Source: an uncultured bacterium
GTDB lineage: Bacteria > Babelota > Babeliae > Babelales > Vermiphilaceae
Direction of reading: 5' to 3'
DNA length: 64,000 nt
NCBI GenBank assembly: GCA_963727255.1
Contig: CAVSFC010000002.1
Location: 416,001-480,000, forward strand
Shown here: positions 22,454-31,952 of the stretch, piece by piece
Position numbering within the stretch: the first letter of the stretch is position 1
Layout of the letters: each line of letters starts with the position of its first letter
Notes under the pieces: generated by a model
What the model saw: the letters and a program-made list of their open reading frames with translations, nothing else
Database searches by the model: none
What the model was told of the DNA's origin: nothing
Translations under genes and position numbers: made by a program

Positions 22454-22658
22454 TTTATTCTCCGACGCCAGAAAACCCCAAGGCTTTTTAAGCCTGGGGA
22501 TGAATAGCGGGGAATATCCGCCGAAGTTTGCCGAGCCGGCCTGTCCTTCGTAGCTTTAGCGTAGTAGGAAAGGCCCTGATAAACGTAGGCTGGATTGGAT
22601 AAGGCTTTGGCGAATTCCGTGCAATACAACGGCTTTTAAGCTGGTGAGCGTTTTATTT
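22454..22658. mobile_element. ~200-bp non-autonomous element (IS200/IS605-type ends), copy 2
   Basis: Direct repeat of 19416..19616; starts immediately after the TAG of the S74 gene; has a small TGGAT duplication relative to copy 1. Confidence 0.7.
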
Positions 22659-22837
22659 TTCTATTAGAATATAAAAAATCCATATTTTGGCCTACAAAAA
22701 CTCATGAGGGCCTCCAGTAATATTACAAATAAAAATTAATATAAAATTATAAATTTTATTATTTGATTAAAAATATTATTTTGTTATCCTCATGGTATAG
22801 GTATAGAAATGGTTCCTATATTAAATGTGAGGATTGC

Positions 22838-23531
22838 GTGAGTCGGTTTTTATTTCCCCTTTTGCTTGTTTCTTTTTCGTTAACGAATGCTCAAATGATT
22901 ACTGTTGAATGTTCGAATGGTAACGCAGAGTTTGCGCTCTCGATTTGCGCGAATCGAAGTGCCTTAGAATTACGCAATCAGCTTTGAGCAGAGATCCTTT
23001 GCAAATAACAGCTTGTTCTCTTCCGGATATTGATACCCGATCGCTTGCGCTGTTTATTAAGCTTTCAAAATTGGATGATTCAAAAATTTTTACATTCATC
23101 GATTCATTAAAACCGGATGAGTTTAAAGTATTTGATTACTATGCAAAATATTTGTGTGTTTATCATGAATTCGATGCTCTGTTTAAAATTAAATATCTCA
23201 AAGAATATGGGCTGCAAGATGCCAATAAAGATATGAGAGATTTTGTAGATAAAAGATATTTTATTTTTAAGATTGTGAATATTCCCAATCCAATATATCT
23301 CGATGGCAGAACACAAATCTTTTTGAACACTATTGTGGTTCTGATTTTGCATCATTTACAAATTCAATAACCAATGATGGGCGTGCCTTTTTTGCATTGA
23401 TCGATTTCTATCAAGAAACAATGAAAAAGGCATTGCCGATTACTACCGATCATTTGAAAGATGTATTTAATAGTTTGGATCCGCTTATTCAGGATCAACT
23501 GCTCAAAAAGCAATTAGTCATTGTCCCGTAA
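22838..23531 (+). CDS. Secreted Skp1/BTB-like hypothetical protein, paralog 1 (frameshifted)
   Basis: GAGGA RBS and GTG; signal peptide then ITVECSNG; SLPDIDTRSLALFIKL; C-terminus KKALPITTDHLKDVFN matches paralog 2. Confidence 0.55.
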
Positions 23532-23543
23532 ATAGAGGTTTAC

Positions 23544-24277
23544 ATGAATTTTGTAAAAAAAATATTAGCAATTTCGTTTATTGGTCTATCGATGCAGGCT
23601 TTTGCTGAACCTATTGCTCTTGAGTTTTCGGATAAAACAGTGAATTACGATAGCGAAGATTTAAAAGATGGTCAGGAGCCCGATCATCGAGCAGGTGATC
23701 ATCGACTACCCAGTTTGGAATGGGTCCTCTTGGGAAGTAGTGCCCAACAAAGAAAAAAAAGCACAACTTCCATTGATTGATGCAAAAACATTTGCATTTA
23801 TGGTGAAGTTGGCAAAAAAAGATGATGCTGCTCTATTTAATTTTATCGATTCGCTCGATGAGCAAGCGTTCCGATTGATCTGCTTATATACACAATCGAA
23901 TCCAAGAACGAAGAATTGCCGAATTTCTGAAATATAAAATGTTCAAAGATCCTGAGTTTCAGAAAATTACGGAAACTAAGAAAGATATCATTAAAGCTTT
24001 TATCGGCTATAAATCTTGGATCGCGCGAAATGATGGCTCAGGAATGCTGGAAAATATCTCTATTAAATATCTAGGCAAAGAGATTTCGATGTATAATGAT
24101 GGTCAGAATCAGGGTAACTATCAAATATTCGGCATTCTTGTGCTTGTGCATCTTTACCAAGAAACTCTCAAAAAGCCATTGCCAATCAATACCGATCATT
24201 TAAGAAAAGTATTTAATGCGCAAACTCATGAAATTCAACAAACATTACTTACTAAAAATTTAGTCACTGTATCCTAA
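23544..24277 (+). CDS. Secreted Skp1/BTB-like hypothetical protein, paralog 2 (frameshifted)
   Basis: Signal peptide AFA-EPIALEFSD; RSPIIEQVI; QLPLIDAKTFAFMVKL; C-terminus KKPLPINTDHLRKVFN. Confidence 0.55.
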
Positions 24278-24291
24278 TGGAGGCAACACAT

Positions 24292-26884
24292 ATGAACCGC
24301 TATTTATTATATAGTATTCTTGCAAGCGCAATGATTATTGTCCCGGCGCATGCAGGAATGAATAGGCCCTATAATTCAAACAATCCTAATAATTTTAATA
24401 ATCAAAACGGTAATCAGAACCGGCGGATACATTCAAAATCCACAGCCATATAATCCAAACGGAAATATAGTTGCTCCCGTTGTGATTAAAGGATTCGCAG
24501 CGTTAGCAGGATCTGTGCCTGAAGAATTGGTTGAATTCGCAAATCATTTTAAAGACGCAAACCTTAATTATAATAGTATGTATGGCATTAAGCCTCGTGG
24601 AATTTTTTTGGTAGGGCAAACGGGTAGCGGTAAGACTACCATGGCAAAGGCGCTCTCGGAAGAATTAGATTGCCCATTTATGTATCAAAGTGCTGCAAGT
24701 TTAACTGCAGAAGATATTCAAGAATGTTTTGCTCAAGCAAGAAACAAAGCACAAGCGAGTAGACATAAAAAGACGATACTGTTTCTCGATGACTTCGATG
24801 TTTTTGCAAATGTAAATAATCAAAAGCTTTCAAATGATGCCATTGCATTGTTGAATGAGATGGATGGATTTTCCAAAGATGATTCAGTGATTGTCATTGG
24901 CGCGGGTACCCGTGCAGAAAATTTTGAAAAATCATTTTTACGTTCGGGCCGCTTTGATAAAGTGGTTGAAATGCTGTTGCCAAATCCTGCCGAACGAGAA
25001 GCCATGCTTAAGAAATTTAATCAAGATTCAAAAATTCCATTTGATGCGCGTCTTAATTTGACCAGGATTGCACAGTTTACCTATAATTTTACGCCCGCTG
25101 ATTTAAAAGAGTTAATCAACTATGCCCACATCTTTGCTAAAAGAGATCAGGCATCGGCAATTACTGAAAAGCATATGATCGAAGCAGTAATAAAGGTGCT
25201 TCAAGCTAAGGGCCGCATCGATAAAGATGTATCAGTACGCGTAAAAGTTATGTTAGCCCTTCTCAGTCAGAAAAAAGATGAAAAGAAAGGTTTTGCCCGT
25301 TTAGTTGGCGAAGTGCCTGATGAAATTACTGAATTAGTAAAACAGATTAAAAATGATGAAGTGTATAGAAAATATGGATCTTGAACTTCCCAAAGGTATT
25401 TTGCTTTCTGGGCCTCCAGGAACGGGTAAAACTTCTTTAGTGCGAGCACTTTCAGAAGAAGCGGGCTGCGAATTTATGGCGGTTTCTGCCGCAGAATTTG
25501 CTGATCAGTTCGTTGGTGCCGGTGCGCAAAAAGTTCGTGATCTTTTTAAAGAAGCGCGCCAAAAAGCGCAAATAGCGAATCCAAAAAAACAATCATATTT
25601 ATTGATGAGCTTGATTCTATTGGTAAACGCCAAGGTAATTCTTTTGATTCAACTATTACCGAGTTATTAACCCAAATGGATGGTTTTGAAGAAGACAATT
25701 CTATCATCGTCATGGCTGCTTCAAATCACCCGAACAATATTGATGCTGCATTATTACGTCCCGGCAGATTTAGCAAGATTATCAAAGTTGGCTTTCCTGA
25801 TGTGAACAAACGTGAACAAATCTTAAAACTTTATACTTCAAGTATTCCGCTTGATGCTGATGTTAATTTAAGAAAGATAGCTGAAGCTACTAATAATTTT
25901 AGTCCTGCAGATTTAAAAGAATTAGTTCAAAAAGCATCAGCGTTTGCATTAAAAGAAGATATTAAAAAGTTACAAGCAAAAGCATTTTGTTGATGCGATC
26001 AGAAAACGCTGAAAGAACGAATGATCAAAGGCGATAAAGATATTCAGCAACAGTTGGATGCTCTTGATGTGATTTTCGGTGGTAAAGAAACCACCAAAGG
26101 ATTTAAGCGCATAGTCGGTGGAATTGATCCTGCTATTGAAGATTTGGTCAAGATGATCAAAGGCGAATATAATTATGCCAAATTTGGCGTTCCATTTCCA
26201 AAAGGTGTTTTATTAGCAGGCCCTCCAGGAACCGGTAAAACAGCACTTGCCCGCGCTATCGCTGAAGAAACCGGATGCGAATTTATTCAAGCAAAAGGCT
26301 CTGAATTTATTGAAAAATATGTCGGTGTCGGTGCGCAGCGTGTACGCGATTTATTTAATGATGCACGTACAAAAGCAGAAGGTAATCGATTTGGTAAAAC
26401 CATCATCTTCATCGATGAAATTGATGCGGTCGGATCTCGTGCAACTGCCGATAATTCTGAAACGAAACAAACGATCACCGAATTACTCACGCAAATGGAT
26501 GGTTTCTATAAAGATGAATCGGTGATTGTGATGGCAGCAACCAATGCGCCGGCATTATTAGATCCTGCGTTAATGCGTGCAGGTCGATTCGATACGATGA
26601 TCGAAGTGGCGTTTCCTAACTTTGAGAAACGAAAAGCGCTGTTTGCATTCTACTGCAAAGGCAAACCAATGGATTCTCGAAATCATTCGATTACCCTTGC
26701 AACCGCAATGGAAGGATGCAATGCGGCGGATATTAAGAATTTGGTTGATAAAGCGGCACAACTTGCCATGAGAGCACGCCAAACAACGGTGACGCAAGCT
26801 AATTTTGATCAAGCACTTGCTGAAATTAAAGCTGCTGAAGGCCAAAAGAAAGGCACGTATATCCTGCCCGATAAGGTATTCTAA
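24292..26884 (+). CDS. Signal-peptide-bearing ATPase with three tandem FtsH/Cdc48-like AAA+ modules (split by frameshifts)
   Basis: GGAGG and ATG at 24292, [21 protein letters not shown]; Walker [28 protein letters not shown] motifs LRSGRFD, LRPGRFS, MRAGRFD. Confidence 0.8.
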
Positions 26885-26886
26885 TT

Positions 26887-27363
26887 ATGAATAAAACAGT
26901 TATAACACTGGTAACGCTTATGGCAGGCTCTGCGTCTGCCATGCAGCGCCAAATAGAGCATGCCCAGCAGCAGCAACTAGAAAAAAAGAAAGATATAAAG
27001 CATACCTCTGAATTTAAATCGGAACAAGAAGTGCTGTTAGCTGATTTAAAAACTGATATGGCTGCTGCAACGACCGTTTTCTTTAATAATAAAAATGATG
27101 TGGCGGCTATTAATACTGCTGAGCCATCTATAGAAAAAGATCATCAGCGGATTTGCCCGTGTTGCCATGATTATAGCGTTAATTGCCCCGATGACCTCAA
27201 AAGATTGGCACGGGGATGGAATTTAACATGTGGATGCATCATATGTGGAGGTTCAGACGAACCTTTGAAGGTTGCTTTAATTGTCCTCGCATATGCAGCT
27301 AAAGACGTGGCTGGTGCCGCAGTAAGAAAAATTGGTTCAATTTTAGGGGTTCACGATGAATAA
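26887..27363 (+). CDS. Secreted small protein with C-terminal Cys cluster, paralog A
   Basis: Signal peptide ending ASA-MQRQ; LLADLKTDMAAA; ICPCC..C..CGCIICGG. Confidence 0.75.
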   Translation: MNKTVITLVTLMAGSASAMQRQIEHAQQQQLEKKKDIKHTSEFKSEQEVLLADLKTDMAAATTVFFNNKNDVAAINTAEPSIEKDHQRICPCCHDYSVNCPDDLKRLARGWNLTCGCIICGGSDEPLKVALIVLAYAAKDVAGAAVRKIGSILGVHDE

Positions 27364-27774
27364 GAAAATAACATTTTGTTTACTACTGTTGGCCAGTATT
27401 AATGCGCCTGCCATGCAACGCCAGAAAGAACAAGAACCCAGCCTACGCCAAGAGGCTTCGGCGGACAGGCAGCAGCAGCAAAAACAGAAAAAGAAAGATA
27501 AGCAAAAGCAGCATAATCAGGATAATAAAAATCCTGTGGAGCAACCAACTGCTGATCCAGAAATAGATGATTTAAATGCTGAGATGGCAGCGATCGTCCA
27601 TGCTGTTGAACAGACTTATGGCTCAGTGCAAGGGATGATGACCCAAAAGAGCATAAGCGGATCTGCCCAACTTGCGGTAGGCCTGCAGAAGTTTGTGAAG
27701 CTGATCGGGGCCGAATAGCCCATGGCAATATCATGCTCTGCGGATGCCCTATTTGTGGTGGTTTACAAATTTAA
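27356..27774 (+). CDS. Secreted small protein, paralog B (frameshift near 27650; in-frame REP insert)
   Basis: APA-MQRQ; DDLNAEMAAI; shifted frame ICPTCGRPAEVC..CGCPICGG-LQI-stop matches paralog A. Confidence 0.72.
27437..27469 (+). repeat. Family-A REP inserted in frame (33 bp, PSLRQEASADR)
   Basis: Absent at the aligned position of paralog A (MQRQIEHA|QQQQ). Confidence 0.85.
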
Positions 27775-27791
27775 AATAGAAGGAACTTATC

Positions 27792-28181
27792 ATGAATAAA
27801 AAAATAGTAGTATTACTGAGCATGCTCTTAACTATTAATGCTATCGGTATGCAGCCCAGTCTACGCCAGAAGGCTTCCGACTTCGTTAAAACTTCGACGG
27901 ACAGGTCGGCGGATAGGCAGCAGCAGCAAAAAAAAGATAAAAAGAAGCAACACTGGCATTCTCATGATGATGAGATAACTACAGCTATCATAGAACCTCG
28001 GCTCGACGATGCTTTATTGGCTGATTTGAAAGCTGATATGGCCGCAGCCATGCAAACTATTATTAAAGAAAGTGGCTCAGTAGATATTTTTGTTAAAGAG
28101 CATCAAAAGAGAAAAAAAATGGTACTCTGCCCTATTTGCTTTAAGCCAGAGTGTCCTTTTTCTCGAGAAGAATACGAGTGA
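27792..28181 (+). CDS. Secreted small protein, paralog C (nested in-frame REP inserts)
   Basis: AIG-MQ; LLADLKADMAAA; LCPICFKPEC. Confidence 0.75.
   Translation: MNKKIVVLLSMLLTINAIGMQPSLRQKASDFVKTSTDRSADRQQQQKKDKKKQHWHSHDDEITTAIIEPRLDDALLADLKADMAAAMQTIIKESGSVDIFVKEHQKRKKMVLCPICFKPECPFSREEYE
27855..27917 (+). repeat. Family-A REP with a second 30-bp copy nested inside (63 bp, in frame)
   Basis: CCCAGTCTACGCCAGAAGGCTT[CCGACTTCGTTAAAACTTCGACGGACAGGT]CGGCGGATAGG. Confidence 0.85.
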
Positions 28182-28187
28182 ATCAAT

Positions 28188-28232
28188 TTAAACAAACAAG
28201 CGCGCCTTTAATCAGCGCGCTTGTTTGTTTAA
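28188..28232. terminator. Bidirectional terminator between convergent genes
   Basis: Perfect 18-bp inverted repeat TTAAACAAACAAGCGCGC / GCGCGCTTGTTTGTTTAA with a 9-nt loop. Confidence 0.85.
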
Positions 28233-28234
28233 TC

Positions 28235-28498
28235 TTATTTTGATTGTTTTCTATCGCAGCTATTTTTTCTGTATAACGCTTTATCTCGCGGTCGGCAAAA
28301 ACATTGGCCGTCTTCTTCATCATATTTTGGTGTATCTTCAGGCATAATTTCTCGTGGCCCGCATTTTATCGAGCAGTAACAACTGCACGCATTTCTTTCC
28401 CTGCCGCATTGACCTCTGCCGCATAATTTTTTTTCTGGTTCAGCTGTAATAAGAATGCATGAGGACATGCTTATCAGTAATATAAGATATTTAATCAT
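28235..28498 (-). CDS. Small secreted Cys-rich protein
   Basis: GGGGAG RBS; signal peptide; 9 Cys in ~67 mature residues (CSCYC, CFC). Confidence 0.75.
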   Translation of the reverse strand: MIKYLILLISMSSCILITAEPEKKLCGRGQCGRERNACSCYCSIKCGPREIMPEDTPKYDEEDGQCFCRPRDKALYRKNSCDRKQSK

Positions 28499-28603
28499 AA
28501 AAAACTCCCCTAAAAATAATTAATACTATGGGAATAATGGCATTTTATGAATTGCAAAAGCAATAAAAAACTTATTGCGAGGCATTGTAGACAATTTCAT
28601 TAA

Positions 28604-28778
28604 GAGCTTATTCGAAATTTCGAATTTCAGACTTCCCCCCCGTTCGCTTCCTTCGACTCGTAGCGCTCGCTCCCGCCGTCGCCAGAGGCTATGGCGGTCA
28701 AGAATGCTCGGCCTGCTCGCCGAAGCCTTGTGCGTAGGCTGGGCTCGAAACGAACGGTTTTAGTTTTCGAATAAGCTC
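28604..28778. mobile_element. MITE with IS5-like ends carrying nested REPs
   Basis: 14-bp TIR GAGCTTATTCGAAA / TTTCGAATAAGCTC with TAA on both flanks; interior CCGTTCG..CGAACGG palindrome interrupted by family-A repeats at 28672-28702 (+) and 28712-28743 (-). Confidence 0.72.
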
Positions 28779-28790
28779 TAATTCTATTGG

Positions 28791-29096
28791 CTAAGATGCT
28801 TTTAATGAGAGTTGCATTTGTACACCCATGGCATTAAAAATAGAAGTAAGATTATCATATGTTGGATTGCCTTCTTCTGAAAGCATACGATAAATATTCT
28901 GACGAGGTGTATCTGCGGCTTTTGCAAATGCTGTAATATCGCCTTGAGCATCGATAACATTTTTTAAAGCGATTAAAAATGCTTTTTTATCCCCAGAAGC
29001 TAATACATCATTAAGATATGCAATTGCAAATTCAGGATTTCTTAATTCTTTTTGAATGGTATCTTTGAATTCTCTGGATTGTCTTTTTTTTGTCAT
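28791..29096 (-). CDS. Addiction-module antitoxin (HI1420-like, HTH)
   Basis: AIAYLNDVL..AFLIALKNVIDAQG..RQNIYRMLSEEGNPTYDNL. Confidence 0.9.
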   Translation of the reverse strand: MTKKRQSREFKDTIQKELRNPEFAIAYLNDVLASGDKKAFLIALKNVIDAQGDITAFAKAADTPRQNIYRMLSEEGNPTYDNLTSIFNAMGVQMQLSLKAS

Positions 29097-29370
29097 GGTT
29101 TTCCCCCGGTATGATCAAGTAAATAGCCATATGTTTTTTTTAGGGCTTTCTTGATAATAATAAATCCTAATATCCAGGGCCGAAATCAATCACGATTTCA
29201 TACAAATTCGGGTACCCGCTAATTGGCTTACAGGCTCCCAAATTGCCGCCTTCAACTCGAGTCACCCGACCTGCAATAATTGCTTGCGTTTGAATCTCAA
29301 GAGATTTGCGCCACTGCGTAAATGGTTTTTTGCCTGAATTTGTTTTATAAACTTTTGTATTTATTACCAT
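29093..29370 (-). pseudogene. Addiction-module toxin (RelE/ParE, HI1419-like), truncated after GPGY
   Basis: SGKKPFTQW, GNLGACKPI, LYEIVIDFGPGY then stop; the usual LLxGGDK segment is not found. Confidence 0.75.
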
Positions 29371-29378
29371 TCTCTAAG

Positions 29379-29404
29379 TGTAACATATGTGTGACAGGTG
29401 TCAA
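29379..29404 (-). promoter_or_regulatory. TA operon promoter/operator
   Basis: Imperfect palindrome TGTAACATATGTGTGACA (29379-29396) just upstream of the toxin ATG; minus-strand TTGACA at 29399-29404. Confidence 0.6.
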
Positions 29405-29431
29405 GATTAAGAACGTGACCCCCCAGTATTT

Positions 29432-30694
29432 TTATGCAAATAAAAAGAAGATTAAAAGCCCATTAACAATTACAATCGAACATCCAACACCAAAGGCAGC
29501 GATTTTGATTGTTCTAGAATTGGTAAATTCGCCCATAATCTGAGGATTGCTCGTGAATTGAATGAGTGGAAAAACGGCAAAAGGTAATTGGAGACTCAGA
29601 ATTATCTGGCTAAAAATCATCATATGCGATAAACATCGTTCGCCAAAAATAAAAATACCAATTAAAGCGGGGATTATCGTGATTATTCGGCCGATTAAAC
29701 GGCGAATCCATGCGGGAAGACTAACGTTAATGAATCCTTCTAAAATGATCTGTCCAGCCAATGTCCCAGTTAATGTAGAATTTTGGCCAGAAATTAATAA
29801 TGCCAATGCAAAAACAAAACTGGCAACGGAGGTACTTAAGAGGGGAGTAAGTAAATGATAGGCATCTTGAATTTCGGCAACATGATATAAGCCACGTTCA
29901 AAAAAAATTGCGGCCGCAACAATCAAAATTGAGGCATTTACAAAAAAAGCGAAAGTAAGCGCACTACATGAATCAATCGTCGAATAAAAGATAGATTCTT
30001 GTTTTTGTATTTCTGGAGTTTCTGGATCCTTTTTGAGCAATGCCGAATGAAGATATAAATTATGAGGCATCACAGTAGCTCCCAAAATACCGATTGCAAG
30101 ATAGAGCATGTCGGGATTCTTTATAATTTCTGGCGATGGTAGAAATCCGAGTAAAACGCCACTCCATGATGGTTGAGCGAGAAAGATAATAATGGCAAAG
30201 CAAGCAAAAATTGCGCCGATGAGTGCGGTAACTATTATTTGCAGCATCTTTACATGATTTTGCGAAAAAGCGAGCAATAATAAAACATCAGCTGCGGTTA
30301 TGCAAACTCCCCATGTTAAAGGGATGCCAAATAAAAGTTGCAGGCCAATGGCCGAACCAATTACTTCTGCAAGATCAGTTGCAATAACAGCGAGTTCTGC
30401 CAAAACCCATAAAAGAAGTGAAACGGGTTTTGAATAATAATCGCGGCAGGCACGCGCTAAATCTTTGCCGGTAACAATACCCAGTTTTAGCGCACAATAT
30501 TGCAAGAGCATTGCCATAAAATTGGAAATTAAAACTACACAAAGCAAGGCATAGCCAAACCGTGAACCGCCGGCAATATCAGTTGCCCAATTTCCTGGAT
30601 CCATGTATCCGACGGCAACCAAATATCCCGGCCCGGTAAAGGCCAGAAAACGTTTTACGAATAAAAAAAATTTTGAAGAATGTGCGATATCCAT
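29432..30694 (-). CDS. mntH: Nramp-family Mn2+ transporter MntH
   Basis: VGYMDPGNWATD, GATVMPHNLYLHS, GQNSTLTGTLAGQIILEGF, SQIILSLQLPFA. Confidence 0.96.
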   Translation of the reverse strand: MDIAHSSKFFLFVKRFLAFTGPGYLVAVGYMDPGNWATDIAGGSRFGYALLCVVLISNFMAMLLQYCALKLGIVTGKDLARACRDYYSKPVSLLLWVLAELAVIATDLAEVIGSAIGLQLLFGIPLTWGVCITAADVLLLLAFSQNHVKMLQIIVTALIGAIFACFAIIIFLAQPSWSGVLLGFLPSPEIIKNPDMLYLAIGILGATVMPHNLYLHSALLKKDPETPEIQKQESIFYSTIDSCSALTFAFFVNASILIVAAAIFFERGLYHVAEIQDAYHLLTPLLSTSVASFVFALALLISGQNSTLTGTLAGQIILEGFINVSLPAWIRRLIGRIITIIPALIGIFIFGERCLSHMMIFSQIILSLQLPFAVFPLIQFTSNPQIMGEFTNSRTIKIAAFGVGCSIVIVNGLLIFFLFA

Positions 30695-30738
30695 ACCGTT
30701 CAGTATAGCGGTTTCAATCGACTTGAATAAGATACTTT

Positions 30739-31868
30739 TTATTTTTTAATTTTTCTGGCAATAAGCATTCTTTAGTGTATTTTTCATACCCTTTGCCATA
30801 ATCCAAGTCTTTCATAAGTTTAGTTGGCGCATTGCGAATATTCAGAGGAATGGGTAAGATTGCCTTCATTTTTTAACATCATCCACAGCTTCAAAATAGG
30901 CATAATACGAAGCTTTACTTTTAGGCGCTTGTGATAAATAGCAAACTCCATGAGCTAAATTAATAGCCGCATTCAGGATAGCCAATAATTTCAACCGCTC
31001 TAAATACATTGTTAGCGATAGTTAAGCGCTATGGATCTTCAAGGCCAATATCTTCAGATGCAAATATTACCATCCTACGAGCAATAAATTTTGGATCTTC
31101 TCCCGCCTCCACCATGCGAGCAAGATAATAGAGAGCTGCATCGGGTTGGCTCGCGCGCATAGATTTAATAAAGGCCGAAATAGTATTATAATGTTCTTCT
31201 GCTTTTTTATCATAGCGTAAATGAGTATTTTGTATGGTATTTTTTAGATTTTCTACCGTGATCTGTTTATAGAGTTTATGGGTATTTTCGAGTGTGGAAA
31301 TTACTTGGCGTGCATCCCCATTTGCCATACGAATAAGCCAATCTTTGATTCCTCAAGTCATATAGCATGCCAGTGCGTTCAATGATAATTGTCATTTCGT
31401 CAGCGACTGAGTTCTTTTAAGACAAAGACTTTGCAGCGAGAAAGAAGCGCCGGAATTACTTCAAAACTTGGGTTTTCCGTCGTTGCGCCAATTAAAGTGA
31501 GTCACCGGATTCCACATAAGGGCAATAAAAAGTCTTGTTGTGCTTTATTAAAGCGGTGAATTTCATCTAAAAAGAGCACTTTGGCTGCTTGATCGTATCG
31601 TAAATTTTTGCTTTGTTTCAAGAATCTTTCTAATATCATCTTTGCCGGTTGAAACTGCAGAAAGTTCATAATAATCAGCATCTAGTGCTTTAGCATATAT
31701 TCGGGCAAAGGTTGTTTTGCCTACTCCTGGAGGTCCCCAGAGAATAAAGCTAAAAAGATGCCTTTTTTCAATAGCAATACGCAAGGGTTTGCCCGGGCCT
31801 ACTAAGTGAGTTTGGCCGACAAACTGATCAAGGGAAAGAGGACGAATTTGGGATGCGAGCGGCTGCAT
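30739..31868 (-). CDS. rarA: Replication-associated recombination protein RarA/MgsA, frameshifted
   Basis: [60 protein letters not shown]. Confidence 0.92.
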
Positions 31869-31952
31869 AGCTTTTTTGAAATTTTTATTAAATGGTATTT
31901 TGAAGCAAAATTCTATAATGCAATTATACCATAGATAGACTCAGAATAATAC

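Noticed and set aside
28575..28763. 62-aa Arg-rich ORF
   Set aside because: Lies across the nested MITE; a repeat-derived artefact
19416..28778. CRISPR array from the ~30-bp repeats
   Set aside because: Copies are dispersed, nested and in both orientations, with no regular spacers and no cas genes
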